Positions 1 to 10,458 of a stretch of 64,000 nt of DNA are shown piece after piece (the first letter of the stretch is position 1; each line of letters opens with the position of its first letter). Both the position numbers and the translations under genes were made by a program. Origin of the DNA: Candidatus Aenigmatarchaeota archaeon (GTDB lineage: Archaea > Aenigmatarchaeota > Aenigmatarchaeia > QMZP01 > QMZT01). Below the pieces are notes generated by a model, which saw nothing but the letters and a program-made list of their open reading frames with translations, did no database searches and had not been told where the DNA came from. The stretch covers positions 1-64,000 of the forward strand of contig JAPLVC010000001.1 in the NCBI GenBank assembly GCA_026397315.1, in the 5' to 3' direction.

Positions 1-179
1 GCAGGCTTTTGCAAACTTTATTAATACGTTAGAATCAGATTTCACTGGGGACCCCCTCCTGTTTTTTCTCAACAATTAACAGTTGGGGACCATCCCCTCT
101 TATAAAAAATAGAAAGGATTTCTACACGGGTGTTTAAACATGAACTATGATAAAATCCAAGAAACGATGGCTATTGCCG

Positions 180-245
180 CTATTTGTGCGGCTCTATGAT
201 AATTTTGAGCGACTCTTTGCCGCTCATGACCAGCTCAAAGCCTTT
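180..245. repeat. Direct repeat copy 1: orphan duplicate of the last 21 codons plus stop of the Zn-dehydrogenase gene
   Basis: 58/66 nt identical to 2998..3063. The minus strand reads KGFELVMSGKESLKIIIEPHK*. It abuts the stop codon of the 905-aa gene. Confidence 0.95.
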
Positions 246-2963
246 TCAGAGATGCTTCAGCGTGCCTGTGAAATGCAGGACAAGCAAAACCCCGATAATG
301 GATGCAAAGGCGATAATCCCTCCCAGGAAAACGAAATTGTAAATATGTTGCCCCCGGGGTTCTTCGGTGGTGGTAATATTCGCTTCAGAAAGCTGCTCAT
401 CGGCGATTTCCTCTTCATATGCAACGCATTTGTGTCCTTCGCATTTTTGGTTTCCATGGCAGTCGCTGTCTTCGCAGCATTCATATTCAATGCAGGCGTG
501 GTTATCCAAATAACCGCAAACACATTTTATCCTCAGGCATTCGCCATCTGAGCAGTATTCGTTGTCGCTGCAATTGGAATCGTGGCTGCACCCTTCATCA
601 GCCGGGGCTGGCGGGTAATATGTCCTAGAATGTGAAGCCCCTCCCGGGCAGGAACCGCAGTCCTGAGAGCATGCGTTGCAGGTCTCGCCTGTGTCGCAGT
701 AGCTGTCGCCGCAGTAGGTCGAAGTCGAGCGGCAGAAGCTGTGGACGCAATAATCGACTGAGCACTCGATAGCAACGGTGCACGGAAGGCCTTCTGCCTT
801 TATGTCTCCCATCTTAACAGTGTGCTCCGAGCCCAGGTTAACGCTTATGTTTACCTCGGTTCCGTTCATTGTATAATTGCAATCGGGAGAGAGGCTGCAG
901 TTTGCACCGTCGAAGGTGACGAAGTAGCTGGTGGAATTCAGCTGGCCCGGCATTATAATCGTGAGGTTGGTTGCCCCCTCCCCATCGAGCACTATCTCGG
1001 TCTCGTTTCTCCCGTCAGCCGGCATGGTCGCCGAGAGTATGTCGATGTCCTCGTTGGATATGTTCTTTATCGCGGGCGTTGCTGAATAGGAGTAGGTGAT
1101 GTTGGCGTAAGATATGTCGGTGGAATTGGTGTATATGTATGGGTTGGCCGAACTCCCATTAAGTTTTATTGACATCTCGTACCACATCCAGCTGTAATCG
1201 GCGGGCCAGTCAACGCTAAAATTGAAGTTCCTCCTCGATTCAACGCCCCCTGTCTGTAAAGCAAATGTATTTACATCCGTGTCTCTGCCATAGGTGACAT
1301 ACCTTTCCGTTCCCGTTGTCCCGTTTACGCTCAACCTGTATCTTATGGAATAATTGACCTGCTCGTATATGCCGAAAATATAGTCAGGGAGTATATCGAC
1401 AGAAAACTGAATCCAGTCACCGCAATACCTGTATTCATCGGATGTCGGGGCTTCTCTCAGCAGGGATCCTGCATCAATGAATTTTTCTGACACCGGCTGG
1501 TAATGCGTCGGGAGCTGGGACCTGAAATAGTAAGTAACCGAACTTTCGGTGCCGTTGATTAAATAGATGTGTTTCCTTGCCTCGGAATTGCCCTGTGGGT
1601 CGGTTACGGTTAATAACAACGAATAGATGCCCTTTCTTGCCGGGGTAAAGCTTCCTGACACAAACGATCCCGCAGGTGAGCTCTGAAGGGAAGATTCTGA
1701 TGGGTTTAATTCCAGCTGATAGGAGCATGCGGGGCATTCGCTTCCATTCACGTAAACCATGGTGAAGTTGAAGTTAACAGCTGACCCGACAACGCCCTTC
1801 TGGGAAGATGTTGAAAAGTTGAAGAACGTTTTCATGTTCTTTGAGAGCGTGTTTGATGTGAAGGAGTTCAAATAACCGCTCGAATAAACTGCTTTCAAAT
1901 TCTTTTCAAGTGTGTTTGATACGACGGTATTATTCTCGCTTAAACCCAGTCCGTATGCGTTTGAGATTGCAGTGTTGTTGATAAGTGTATTGTTACTCGA
2001 TCCTATAGAAAATCCATCCCCAGCATTGGAGATGGCCGTGTTGTTCACTATCGTATTGTTTGATGAAATGATCCAAAAACCGTTACCTAAATTCGAATTG
2101 ATTGTGTTGTTGATTATTGTGGTGTTATCTGAGGCAGAAGTAAGCAATCCTGCTCTGCGATTCGAGCTAATTGTATTGCCCGCAATTATGATGTTGTCCG
2201 ATGAATCAATATACATGCCATCGGCTGTTGAGGCTCCGCAGCCACTGCCACTGCCAATGCATGAAGCATTGTTCAGGCTTGCAGTGTTGCTAAGAATGTT
2301 GTTATTCGGAGAAGACATCAAATATATACCGTAACTTCTGGTCATACAGCTAACTGTACACCTGGAATTGCTGTGGCTGGCATTATTGTTAACAAGCGTG
2401 TTGTTGGATGATGATTCCAGATATATCCCGTAGGAGTAGGCACCACAAAAGTTGACGCTTCCATAACTGTTGGATTGCAGGGTGTTGTTTGAGAGGAGAG
2501 AATAGGAAGATGAACTGAGATAGATTCCATAGGTTTTGGTGGGATCTCCGAAAGCCACATTGCAAACAGGCCCATACGAATTTATCGTGTTGTTTGCAAT
2601 GGTCGTGTTGTCTGATGAATTCACAGACACTCCCCGGCTGAAGTTCAGCAAAATGCAGTTGTTTATCGTGTTGTTGTCCTTTCCATCAAGATATATACCA
2701 TAGCCGCTCGTGTTGCCCGTCATGCTGTATGACTGGCAGTCAAATATCTTACTGGTGAAGTTCTCGGGGTTATTGATGCAAGTATCATTTACGGGCGTTG
2801 ATGCGTTGAGATAAACCGTATTGTAAGTGTTGTTGTTCAAAGCATTGGTGCAGTCGGTGCAGTTTGCGCAATAGAAAGCATTGCCTGATTCTGTGTAAGC
2901 ATCAACGGGATGGAAAAACAAGAGGAATATACATGCAACTAAAGCCCAATGCAAGCCCCTCAT
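246..2963 (-). CDS. Secreted, membrane-anchored surface protein with NosD/pectin-lyase-like parallel beta-helix repeats and Cys-rich C-terminal modules
   Basis: N-terminal signal peptide, many GIYLxSSxNNTLxNN repeats, Cys-rich EGF-like tail, C-terminal TM helix. Confidence 0.85.
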   Translation of the reverse strand: MRGLHWALVACIFLLFFHPVDAYTESGNAFYCANCTDCTNALNNNTYNTVYLNASTPVNDTCINNPENFTSKIFDCQSYSMTGNTSGYGIYLDGKDNNTINNCILLNFSRGVSVNSSDNTTIANNTINSYGPVCNVAFGDPTKTYGIYLSSSSYSLLSNNTLQSNSYGSVNFCGAYSYGIYLESSSNNTLVNNNASHSNSRCTVSCMTRSYGIYLMSSPNNNILSNTASLNNASCIGSGSGCGASTADGMYIDSSDNIIIAGNTISSNRRAGLLTSASDNTTIINNTINSNLGNGFWIISSNNTIVNNTAISNAGDGFSIGSSNNTLINNTAISNAYGLGLSENNTVVSNTLEKNLKAVYSSGYLNSFTSNTLSKNMKTFFNFSTSSQKGVVGSAVNFNFTMVYVNGSECPACSYQLELNPSESSLQSSPAGSFVSGSFTPARKGIYSLLLTVTDPQGNSEARKHIYLINGTESSVTYYFRSQLPTHYQPVSEKFIDAGSLLREAPTSDEYRYCGDWIQFSVDILPDYIFGIYEQVNYSIRYRLSVNGTTGTERYVTYGRDTDVNTFALQTGGVESRRNFNFSVDWPADYSWMWYEMSIKLNGSSANPYIYTNSTDISYANITYSYSATPAIKNISNEDIDILSATMPADGRNETEIVLDGEGATNLTIIMPGQLNSTSYFVTFDGANCSLSPDCNYTMNGTEVNISVNLGSEHTVKMGDIKAEGLPCTVAIECSVDYCVHSFCRSTSTYCGDSYCDTGETCNACSQDCGSCPGGASHSRTYYPPAPADEGCSHDSNCSDNEYCSDGECLRIKCVCGYLDNHACIEYECCEDSDCHGNQKCEGHKCVAYEEEIADEQLSEANITTTEEPRGQHIYNFVFLGGIIAFASIIGVLLVLHFTGTLKHL

Positions 2964-2997
2964 ATAAAATCATTTGGTTTCCAGAATAAATATATAA

Positions 2998-3063
2998 CTA
3001 TTTGTGCGGCTCTATGATAACCTTTACCGACGCCGCGCCGCTCATGACCAGCTCAAAGCCTTT
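2998..3063. repeat. Direct repeat copy 2 (functional 3' end of the Zn-dehydrogenase gene)
   Basis: Matches 180..245. Reads KGFELVMSGAASVKVIIEPHK*. Confidence 0.95.
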
Positions 3064-4068
3064 CTGCGTTTGAGCGAGCGGGAGTCGATGAGTGACCATC
3101 GGCTTCACCTTGATCTTCTTCGTCTTTATCAGCTTTATCGCTTCTGTCAGGTCGCAGCGCGCCGCTGCGTATGTAGTGACGATGCTCGCCGACTTGAACC
3201 AGATGTCGTTGAACGGCAGCGGCACATCGGCTCCGGGGTCTGTGGGCGCGAAGAATAGAATCGTTCCTCCCGCATCGAGACAAGAGAACGCCTGCTTTAT
3301 CGCAGGCATGGCACCTGTCGAAACTATGACTCTGTCCGCGAGCTTGCCTGCAAGCTCCTTTATCTTGGATGGGACGTCTTCGCGCGCGTCTATGACGTAA
3401 TCCGCGCCCATCTTCTTGGCCATTTTCAGGCGGTATTCGCTCACATCGGTCGCGACGACTGTTGCGCCTTTCGCCTTCGCCAGCTGTATGTGGAGCAGGC
3501 CGGTCATGCCCGAGCCGAGGACCGCGACGACGTGGCCTTTACGCACGTTCGCGACGCGCTGGCCGCGGACAACGCAAGCGACGGGCTCGACGAACGTTCC
3601 TTCGTCGAAAGTCATTCCCTTGGGTAGTCGGAGCGTGCCTTTCTTCACGTTTATTTCGGGGACGCGTATGTACTGGGAGAAGCCGCCTGGATGGAAGTTG
3701 GTCGTCTTTAACGTGTGGCACGCGGTCTCGTTGCCGTCCCTGCAGTATGAGCAGCTGTCGCAGGGCACGTGATGAGTGACGAATATGCGGTCGCCTTTCT
3801 TGAAGCTTTTGACCTTTTTGCCTGTCTTGTGCACGACACCAGCAACCTCATGGCCGAGGACTAGCGGCGCCTTCTTTATGCGGTACCATTCCATGATGTC
3901 TGAGCCGCAGATGCCGGAAGACATGACTTTCAGAAGTATTTCCTTGTCGCCTATGTCCGGCACCGGCATTTCCTGAAGACGGATGTCATGGTTGTTGTAA
4001 TACATGGCGACTTTCATAGTATCACGTTTTCGGTTTTCTTTCGGCTTTCGATTTTCAACAGCTTTCAC
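2998..4068 (-). CDS. Zn-dependent medium-chain dehydrogenase (polyol/threonine dehydrogenase-like); true start probably 4017 (MKVAMYY)
   Basis: GICGSD, GHE, CxxCxxC...C structural Zn site, GSGMTG Rossmann motif. Confidence 0.9.
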   Translation of the reverse strand: MKAVENRKPKENRKRDTMKVAMYYNNHDIRLQEMPVPDIGDKEILLKVMSSGICGSDIMEWYRIKKAPLVLGHEVAGVVHKTGKKVKSFKKGDRIFVTHHVPCDSCSYCRDGNETACHTLKTTNFHPGGFSQYIRVPEINVKKGTLRLPKGMTFDEGTFVEPVACVVRGQRVANVRKGHVVAVLGSGMTGLLHIQLAKAKGATVVATDVSEYRLKMAKKMGADYVIDAREDVPSKIKELAGKLADRVIVSTGAMPAIKQAFSCLDAGGTILFFAPTDPGADVPLPFNDIWFKSASIVTTYAAARCDLTEAIKLIKTKKIKVKPMVTHRLPLAQTQKGFELVMSGAASVKVIIEPHK

Positions 4069-4379
4069 TTCAGAATTCCCGTTATCCTGCTGAGCGGCCT
4101 GAGCGCCTCGAATATCCTGTCTTTATGCGTTACGGTGCCCCAGCTCACGAACACTGCCGCGGTTATGGCCGTGCCGAGCGCGAGATCCGAAACGAGGTTC
4201 GGGCCGATCATCATTAGTTCGCCGTTCCACGCGTGGTCGACGACTCCGAAGACTGACGCGCCCGCGAACATGAGGCTGAGCCAGACGCCCTCTTTATCCT
4301 TCTTGTGCATGACCTTTCGCCTCGCGGCTGTTATAATGCCAGTCGCCAGCGGAATTATATAACACACCATACCCATCAC
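4065..4379 (-). CDS. Small membrane protein of unknown function
   Basis: Three hydrophobic segments, tightly packed within the operon. Confidence 0.7.
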   Translation of the reverse strand: MMGMVCYIIPLATGIITAARRKVMHKKDKEGVWLSLMFAGASVFGVVDHAWNGELMMIGPNLVSDLALGTAITAAVFVSWGTVTHKDRIFEALRPLSRITGILK

Positions 4380-4391
4380 CCAACCTTTCGA

Positions 4392-5198
4392 TTATTTCTT
4401 CTTTCTGGAATTCGCTTTCAGAATATTATACGCTTCCCTAGGGGTTGCCTTCTCGTGGACTATCGCCCTGACGGCTTTTATCATCGCTACCGGGTTGTCC
4501 GCCTGGAAGATGTTGCGGCCCATGTCGACGCCTGCTGCGCCTGCTTCTATCGCCTTGTATGCCATCTCCAGCGCTTCCATTTCCGGCAGCTTCTTGCCTC
4601 CGGCGATCACGACGGGCACCGTGCACGTATCGACGACTCGCTCGAAGCGGTCACAATAATAAGTCTTGACTATGCTCGCGCCGTGTTCGGCAGCGATGCG
4701 CGACGCCAGCGCAAAATACCTGTCGTCGCGAGCCATGTCCTTCCCGACGGCTGTCACAGCGACGACCGGGATTCCATACTCCTCGGCCTGATCCACGACC
4801 TGCGAAAGCCCTAGTATCGTGTCTCGCTCGTATTCCGAGCCGACCATTATCGAGAAAGCGACGCCGGCGACGTTGAGCCTGACTGCGTCCTTCATCGAGA
4901 CGGTTATGCCTTCGTGCAGAATCTCTTTGCCAATCACGCTGGTCCCGCCCGAGACCCGAAGTACGACGGGAATGTCGATGTTAGTGTCCACGCAGTTGCG
5001 CAGCACTCCCCTCGTCGGCATCAGGCAGTCCGCGTAAGGCGCTAGCTGCATTATCATCTTCCTCGGCTTCTCGAGGCCGCTCGTCGGTCCTAGGAAATAG
5101 CCGTGGTCGACGGCGAGCATAAGCGTGTGGCCGTCGGGCCTTATGATCCTGTCCATGCGATTTTTCTTGCCCCAATCCATAACATCACCCCAAACCAA
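4392..5198 (-). CDS. lsrF: LsrF-like / DhnA-type class I aldolase (thiolase)
   Basis: MDWGKKNR start, [18 protein letters not shown] Schiff-base Lys, [16 protein letters not shown]. Confidence 0.85.
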   Translation of the reverse strand: MVWGDVMDWGKKNRMDRIIRPDGHTLMLAVDHGYFLGPTSGLEKPRKMIMQLAPYADCLMPTRGVLRNCVDTNIDIPVVLRVSGGTSVIGKEILHEGITVSMKDAVRLNVAGVAFSIMVGSEYERDTILGLSQVVDQAEEYGIPVVAVTAVGKDMARDDRYFALASRIAAEHGASIVKTYYCDRFERVVDTCTVPVVIAGGKKLPEMEALEMAYKAIEAGAAGVDMGRNIFQADNPVAMIKAVRAIVHEKATPREAYNILKANSRKKK

Positions 5199-5243
5199 AA
5201 TATGATGATATAAAAGACATTTTTGGAAATATAAAAGTTATTT

Positions 5244-6275
5244 TCATTTTCTGAAAGCGCGGACTATCGCACGTGGCTTTATGATGCCCAGCGGCGTGAT
5301 GAAGCCTGTGACGTACTTCGCTGGTGTGACATCGAACGCAGGATTCCTCGCCTTCGCGCCTTTTGGCGTGACCCTGCACTGGCCCACGAAATGAATTTCG
5401 CCTTCGTCCCGCTCCTCGATTACTATCTGGCTGCCGGACTTGCAGCCGAGGTCGAAAGTGCTCCTGGGCGCGGCGACGTAGAACGGAATTTTGTTTTCCT
5501 TTGCGAGGACGGCTTTCTCATACGTGCCTATCTTGTTCGCGAAGTCTCCGTTCGCAGCGATCCTGTCCGCGCCGACTATCATCATGTCGACTTCTCCGCG
5601 TCGCATATAGTGGCCGAGCGCGTTGTCCGCTATGACCGCATGAGCGACTCCTTCGTTGAGCAGCTCCCATGACGTGAGTTTCGCTCCCTGTAAACGGGGG
5701 CGTGTCTCATCGACCCATACGAATATGTTCTTGTTTTGCCGCTTGGCGAAATATATGGGCGACAGAGCGGTGCCCCAGTCCACGCAGGCTATCCAGCCGG
5801 CGTTGCAGTGCGTTGCTATCCTGTAGTTGTTTTTTATCAGTTTCGAGCCGTGTTCCCCGATTTTCTCGCACGCCTTTGCTGATGCGTTCGCATACGCCTC
5901 CGCGGCTTTGATTGCCAGCCGTTTTTTCTGCTCCGGAGTTTTCGCGCTTTTGATTGAGTCAAGAATGAAGTCCACTCCGTGGAATAAGTCGTAAGCCGTA
6001 GGCCGCGCAGCCTTGATTTTTTTGGCCGTCTGCGCTATCTGGGCATCGAAGTTCTTTTTGGACGCGCTAGCGACGCCGAGCGCCATACCATACGCAGCCG
6101 TAGCTCCGATTGCCGGCGCGCCGCGCACGACCATTGTTTTAATCGCTTTCACTATCTCGTCCGTCGTCCTCAGGCTGACGATTTCGAACGCGTGCGGTAG
6201 AAGCAACTGGTTTATCATTTTCATTTTGTTTTTTTCCAGCCAGACCGTGCGGTAATGCCTGCCATTGACTAACAT
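5244..6275 (-). CDS. mtnA: S-methyl-5-thioribose-1-phosphate isomerase (eIF2B-alpha family)
   Basis: MVVRGAPAIG, RPTA, THCNAG, ETRPRLQG, GADRIAANGD, NKIGTY, NPAFDVTP. Confidence 0.9.
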   Translation of the reverse strand: MLVNGRHYRTVWLEKNKMKMINQLLLPHAFEIVSLRTTDEIVKAIKTMVVRGAPAIGATAAYGMALGVASASKKNFDAQIAQTAKKIKAARPTAYDLFHGVDFILDSIKSAKTPEQKKRLAIKAAEAYANASAKACEKIGEHGSKLIKNNYRIATHCNAGWIACVDWGTALSPIYFAKRQNKNIFVWVDETRPRLQGAKLTSWELLNEGVAHAVIADNALGHYMRRGEVDMMIVGADRIAANGDFANKIGTYEKAVLAKENKIPFYVAAPRSTFDLGCKSGSQIVIEERDEGEIHFVGQCRVTPKGAKARNPAFDVTPAKYVTGFITPLGIIKPRAIVRAFRK

Positions 6276-6307
6276 AGAATAAAATTAAGGGAAAGGGGTT
6301 AAAAAGT

Positions 6308-8299
6308 TTAGAAGAGCAGCGGAGCGAATAAGAGCGCGACTATGCTCATCAGCTTTATCAGGATGTTCATGCTAGGACCGGCCGTGTCTTTGAATGGGTC
6401 GCCGACAGTATCGCCGACGACCGCGGCTTTATGAGTGTCGCTGCCCTTGCCACCGAAGTTGCCGTCCTCTATGAACTTCTTCGCGTTGTCCCACGCGCCT
6501 CCCGCGTTGGCCATCATGACAGCCAGCAGGAAGCCTGTCGCCGTCGCACCCGCCAGCAGCCCGCCCAGCGCAGCGGGGCCGAGCAGCAATCCCGTCGCAA
6601 GCGGAGCGATTATCGCCAACGAACCGGGAACTATCATTTCGCGCAGCGAAGCCTGCGTCGATATCTCGATGCAGCGCGTGTAGTCCGGCTTCTTCTTGCC
6701 GCTCATTATGCCGTTGTCCTTGAACTGCCTGCGGACTTCGTTCACAATCTTGTAAGCGGTTTTGCCTACGGACGCCATTGCGAACGAGGAGAACAGGAAC
6801 GGCAGCAGAGCGCCTAAGAAAAGGCCTGTGACGACGAATGGGTTTGTCAGAGACATGTTCTCAAGGCCAAACGTTTGAGCGTACGTGACGAAAAGCGCCA
6901 GCGCCGTGAGCGCGGCCGAAGCGATGGCGAAGCCCTTGCCCATCGCGGCCGTCGTGTTGCCGACTGCATCGAGATTCTCTGCTCGTTCACGCACTTCGCC
7001 GTGAAGCCCCGCCATTTCTGCGATGCCTGCGGAGTTGTCCGCGACCGGGCCGTACGTATCAGTCGCCAGCGTAATGCCCAGAGTGGAAAGCATGCCCACC
7101 GCGGCAATCGCTATCCCGTACATGCCCGCGAACTGGTATGCAATCAATATGGAAGCGCCTACTGCAAGAACCGGAATGAGTGTGCTTTTCATGCCGACAG
7201 CGAGGCCGATTATTATGGTCGTGCCCGCGCCCGTCTGCGACGCCTCAGCGATGCTCTGCGCGGGTCTCTTGTCTTTCGAAGTATAATATTCGGTAGCGAG
7301 GCCTATCACCACGCCCGCGACGAGGCCGGCGACTGTCGCGTACCAGACTCCTATCTGCGCGCCGGCATAGATTATGATGAAATACGAGAACACGAACATT
7401 ATTGCTGAAGACGCGTAGATGCCGCGGTTGAAAGCGGATATTGCGCCTTTGACCTGAGTCTTCTCGTTAGTGCGCACGAGGAACGTGCCTATGACCGAAG
7501 CGACGATGCCCAAGCCGGCCAGCGCGAGCGGCAGGATTGCTCCCTGAAAGGACGAGAATATCACGCCCAGCGCCATGGCGGCGATTATCGAGTTGACGTA
7601 GCTTTCGAAGAGGTCGGCTCCCATGCCGGCTATGTCGCCGACGTTGTCACCGACGTTGTCCGCGATGACGGCCGGGTTTCTCGGGTCGTCCTCCGGGATG
7701 CCTTTCTCGACCTTGCCCACTAAATCAGCTCCGACGTCCGCGGCTTTGGTGAATATGCCTCCGCCGACCCTGGCGAAAAGAGCGATGGATGACGCACCGA
7801 AACCGAAGCCGTAGATTATCTGCGGGTCGCCGAAAACAATGTAAAGGAACGCCACTCCGAGCAGGCCGAGTCCGACCACCGACATGCCCATGACCGTGCC
7901 GGAAGAGAATGCGATGCGCAGCCCTTCGTTAAGGCTTTTCCTGCAGCCTTCCGTCGTTTTTGCGTTCGACCTCGTGGCGATGCGCATGCCGATGTTGCCT
8001 GTGAGGGCGGAGAACACCGCGCCGAGCACGAACGATGCAGCAGTCTCCTTGTTGATGAGGACGAGTAGAATTATCGCCATCACGACAACGAAGACTGACA
8101 GGATTTTGTATTGCTTGTTCAGGTAGGTAAGCGCGCCCTTGTGGATGATGCCGCTTATCTCTCTCATCTTCTCGTTGCCTTCCGGTTTTTTCTTCAGCGT
8201 CCAGGCAAGATAGCCCGCGAAAACAAGAGCTATTACGACCGATATCCAGACGAAAAACTCAAGGAACATCATGCCTACCCCTCCCCGAATAACCCTCAA
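6308..8299 (-). CDS. hppA: Membrane pyrophosphatase, K+-dependent type (probably Na+-translocating); start probably 8272
   Basis: [23 protein letters not shown] (Ala at the K+ site), [10 protein letters not shown]. Confidence 0.92.
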   Translation of the reverse strand: MRVIRGGVGMMFLEFFVWISVVIALVFAGYLAWTLKKKPEGNEKMREISGIIHKGALTYLNKQYKILSVFVVVMAIILLVLINKETAASFVLGAVFSALTGNIGMRIATRSNAKTTEGCRKSLNEGLRIAFSSGTVMGMSVVGLGLLGVAFLYIVFGDPQIIYGFGFGASSIALFARVGGGIFTKAADVGADLVGKVEKGIPEDDPRNPAVIADNVGDNVGDIAGMGADLFESYVNSIIAAMALGVIFSSFQGAILPLALAGLGIVASVIGTFLVRTNEKTQVKGAISAFNRGIYASSAIMFVFSYFIIIYAGAQIGVWYATVAGLVAGVVIGLATEYYTSKDKRPAQSIAEASQTGAGTTIIIGLAVGMKSTLIPVLAVGASILIAYQFAGMYGIAIAAVGMLSTLGITLATDTYGPVADNSAGIAEMAGLHGEVRERAENLDAVGNTTAAMGKGFAIASAALTALALFVTYAQTFGLENMSLTNPFVVTGLFLGALLPFLFSSFAMASVGKTAYKIVNEVRRQFKDNGIMSGKKKPDYTRCIEISTQASLREMIVPGSLAIIAPLATGLLLGPAALGGLLAGATATGFLLAVMMANAGGAWDNAKKFIEDGNFGGKGSDTHKAAVVGDTVGDPFKDTAGPSMNILIKLMSIVALLFAPLLF

Positions 8300-8352
8300 T
8301 ATAAATAATTAGGTTGGCTGCTCCCTTTATACTTTGTTGTCTGATTGTGCGT

Positions 8353-10332
8353 CTATATGAACAGCGTCGCGAATATCAGTGCGAGCGTGCTGAGCAGCTT
8401 TATCAGCACGTGCAGGCTGGGACCGGCCGTGTCCTTGAACGGGTCGCCCAGCGTGTCGCCGACCACCGATGCTTTATGCGCGTCCGTGCCGTGACGGCCT
8501 TCGGATTCAATGCGCTTCTTCGCGTTGTCCCACGCGCCTCCGCCCGTGTTCATCATCATCGCGAGCAGTATGCCTGAGATGGTCGCGCCTATGAGAAACG
8601 CGCCAGCAGCTTCGGCCCTGAGCAATATGCCCACCGCTATCGGAGCGATGATAACGAGCATGCCCGGCAGTATCATCTGGCGCAGCGACGCCTTAACGCT
8701 TATGTCCACGCACTTAGCGTAGTCCGGCTTGGCCGTGCCTTTCATGATGCCAGGCGTCGCCTTGAACTGCCTGCGGACTTCGTTTATCATATCCTGCGCA
8801 GCTTTGCCGACGGCCCTTATGGCGAAAGAAGAGAACAAAAACGGCAACAACGCCCCGAGGAACGCGCCCACGAAAACGACGGGTTTCGCCACGTCTATGC
8901 TTGTAAGACCGGCGACCTTGAAGTATGCAGAGAACAAAAGGAACGCGGACAGAGCAGCGACTCCCATCGCATACCCTTTGGTCAGCGCTTTGGTAGTGTT
9001 GCCTACGGAGTCTAGGCTGTCCGTCCTGTAGCGCGTCTTCTTGTCGAGCTTCGACATTTCCGCAATGCCGCCTGCGTTGTCGGTGATCGGTCCGAAGACG
9101 TCCATCGCGAGTATCATGCCAGTCGTAGCGAGCATGCCCATCGTAGCGACCGCCGTCCCGTAAAGCCCGCCGAGCGTGAACGACGCGAGCAGCGCGACGC
9201 AGATGACGACGACCGGAAGCGCAGCCGCTTCGAGAGCGATGGCGAAACCGGTTATTATGTTGGTCGCCGCTCCTGTATGCGAAGACCTGGATATGTTCCT
9301 GACTGGCCTGTAATGCTTGGACGTGTAGTACTCGGTTATTATGGCTATCAGCAGGCTCGAAACAATGCCTATCAGAGATATATAATAATAGTTTATGCTG
9401 CCGAGAGTGTTCATGACGAGCGGATAGAACGCTATGCCCGCGACTACCGCCGTGACTGCCAATCCCTTCCACAATGCGCGCATCGGGTTGTTGCCCTCTT
9501 TCGTGGAGACGAAGAATGATCCGATCATGGTGGCGTAAATTCCGACTGTCCTTGCAAGCAGCGGGAAGATGATGCCGTAGATGCCGAACACCGGCATGAA
9601 CGCGACGCCCAAAATCATGGCGCCGATGTTCTCCGCGGTTATCGATTCGAACAGGTCTGCTCCGCGCCCTGCGCAGTCGCCGACGTTGTCGCCGACAAGG
9701 TCAGCTATCACCGCAGGGTTCCTGGCGTCGTCCTCGGGGATGCCTTTTTCAATCTTGCCCACGAGGTCAGCGCCTATGTCCGCGGCTTTCGTGTAGATGC
9801 CGCCGCCGAGCTGCGCGAACAGCGCGGCAAGCGAAGCGCCGAAAGCGAAACCCGTTATCATTTGCGGGTCGCCGAAAAGCATGTATAACGAAGTGACGCC
9901 TATAAGGCTAAGGCCCATGACGGCAAGGCCCATGACAAGGCCGCCCCTGAAAGAGACTCTTATCGCCCTGTTGATGCCGGTCCGAGCCGCGTTGGCCGTG
10001 CGTATGTTGGCGCGCGTCGCGACGTCCATGCCCAGGAAGCCCGCGAACAGCGATGCGGCGACGCCGAGTATGAATGAGAAGCCGGTCTGCCATGAGAAAA
10101 AAATCCCTAGCAGAACAGCGACTACGACTCCTATTATGGCGATGGTCTTGTACTGGCGCCTGAGGAAGGCGTAGGCGCCGGTCCTTATGTAATCGGCGAT
10201 CTCGTTCATCTTGTCTGTGCCTTTGTCCTGCTTGTTGACCCACCATGCTATGAGCAGTGCGACAAGAATCGAGAATACTCCGCTTCCCAAGGCGAAATAC
10301 AAAAGTTCGTTGACCATCAGCACACCTATCAT
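8353..10332 (-). CDS. hppA: Membrane pyrophosphatase, K+-independent H+-translocating type
   Basis: DIGADLVGKIE, GNTTKA (Lys at the K+ site), GDTLGDPFKD. Confidence 0.92.
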   Translation of the reverse strand: MIGVLMVNELLYFALGSGVFSILVALLIAWWVNKQDKGTDKMNEIADYIRTGAYAFLRRQYKTIAIIGVVVAVLLGIFFSWQTGFSFILGVAASLFAGFLGMDVATRANIRTANAARTGINRAIRVSFRGGLVMGLAVMGLSLIGVTSLYMLFGDPQMITGFAFGASLAALFAQLGGGIYTKAADIGADLVGKIEKGIPEDDARNPAVIADLVGDNVGDCAGRGADLFESITAENIGAMILGVAFMPVFGIYGIIFPLLARTVGIYATMIGSFFVSTKEGNNPMRALWKGLAVTAVVAGIAFYPLVMNTLGSINYYYISLIGIVSSLLIAIITEYYTSKHYRPVRNISRSSHTGAATNIITGFAIALEAAALPVVVICVALLASFTLGGLYGTAVATMGMLATTGMILAMDVFGPITDNAGGIAEMSKLDKKTRYRTDSLDSVGNTTKALTKGYAMGVAALSAFLLFSAYFKVAGLTSIDVAKPVVFVGAFLGALLPFLFSSFAIRAVGKAAQDMINEVRRQFKATPGIMKGTAKPDYAKCVDISVKASLRQMILPGMLVIIAPIAVGILLRAEAAGAFLIGATISGILLAMMMNTGGGAWDNAKKRIESEGRHGTDAHKASVVGDTLGDPFKDTAGPSLHVLIKLLSTLALIFATLFI

Positions 10333-10458
10333 GATAAATTTCTTAATATTGCCGCGGTAGCTTTTAAAGTTTTCCTATTCCACGGACAATCACGAACAAT
10401 ATATGATATTATTTAATTTGTCTGTGGCTTGCTAAAAATGCGATTCAAACCATGCAAG

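Noticed and set aside
46-100. Two TGGGGACC copies near the window start
   Set aside because: Only two short copies, with no array or context to support CRISPR or an operator.
180-3063. DGR template/variable repeat pair (6 of 8 mismatches are at minus-strand adenines of the orphan copy)
   Set aside because: Two mismatches are at C, many adenines are unchanged, there is no reverse transcriptase in the window, and a dehydrogenase tail is an unlikely target. Integration-type duplication fits better.
4392-5198. AI-2 quorum-sensing (lsr) operon
   Set aside because: Only an LsrF-like gene is present. No lsrK, lsrG, lsrR or transporter.
10380-10458. Inverted repeats upstream of the mPPase pair as a riboswitch
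   Set aside because: They lie upstream of the likely TATA box and match no motif I recognise. More likely a terminator region.
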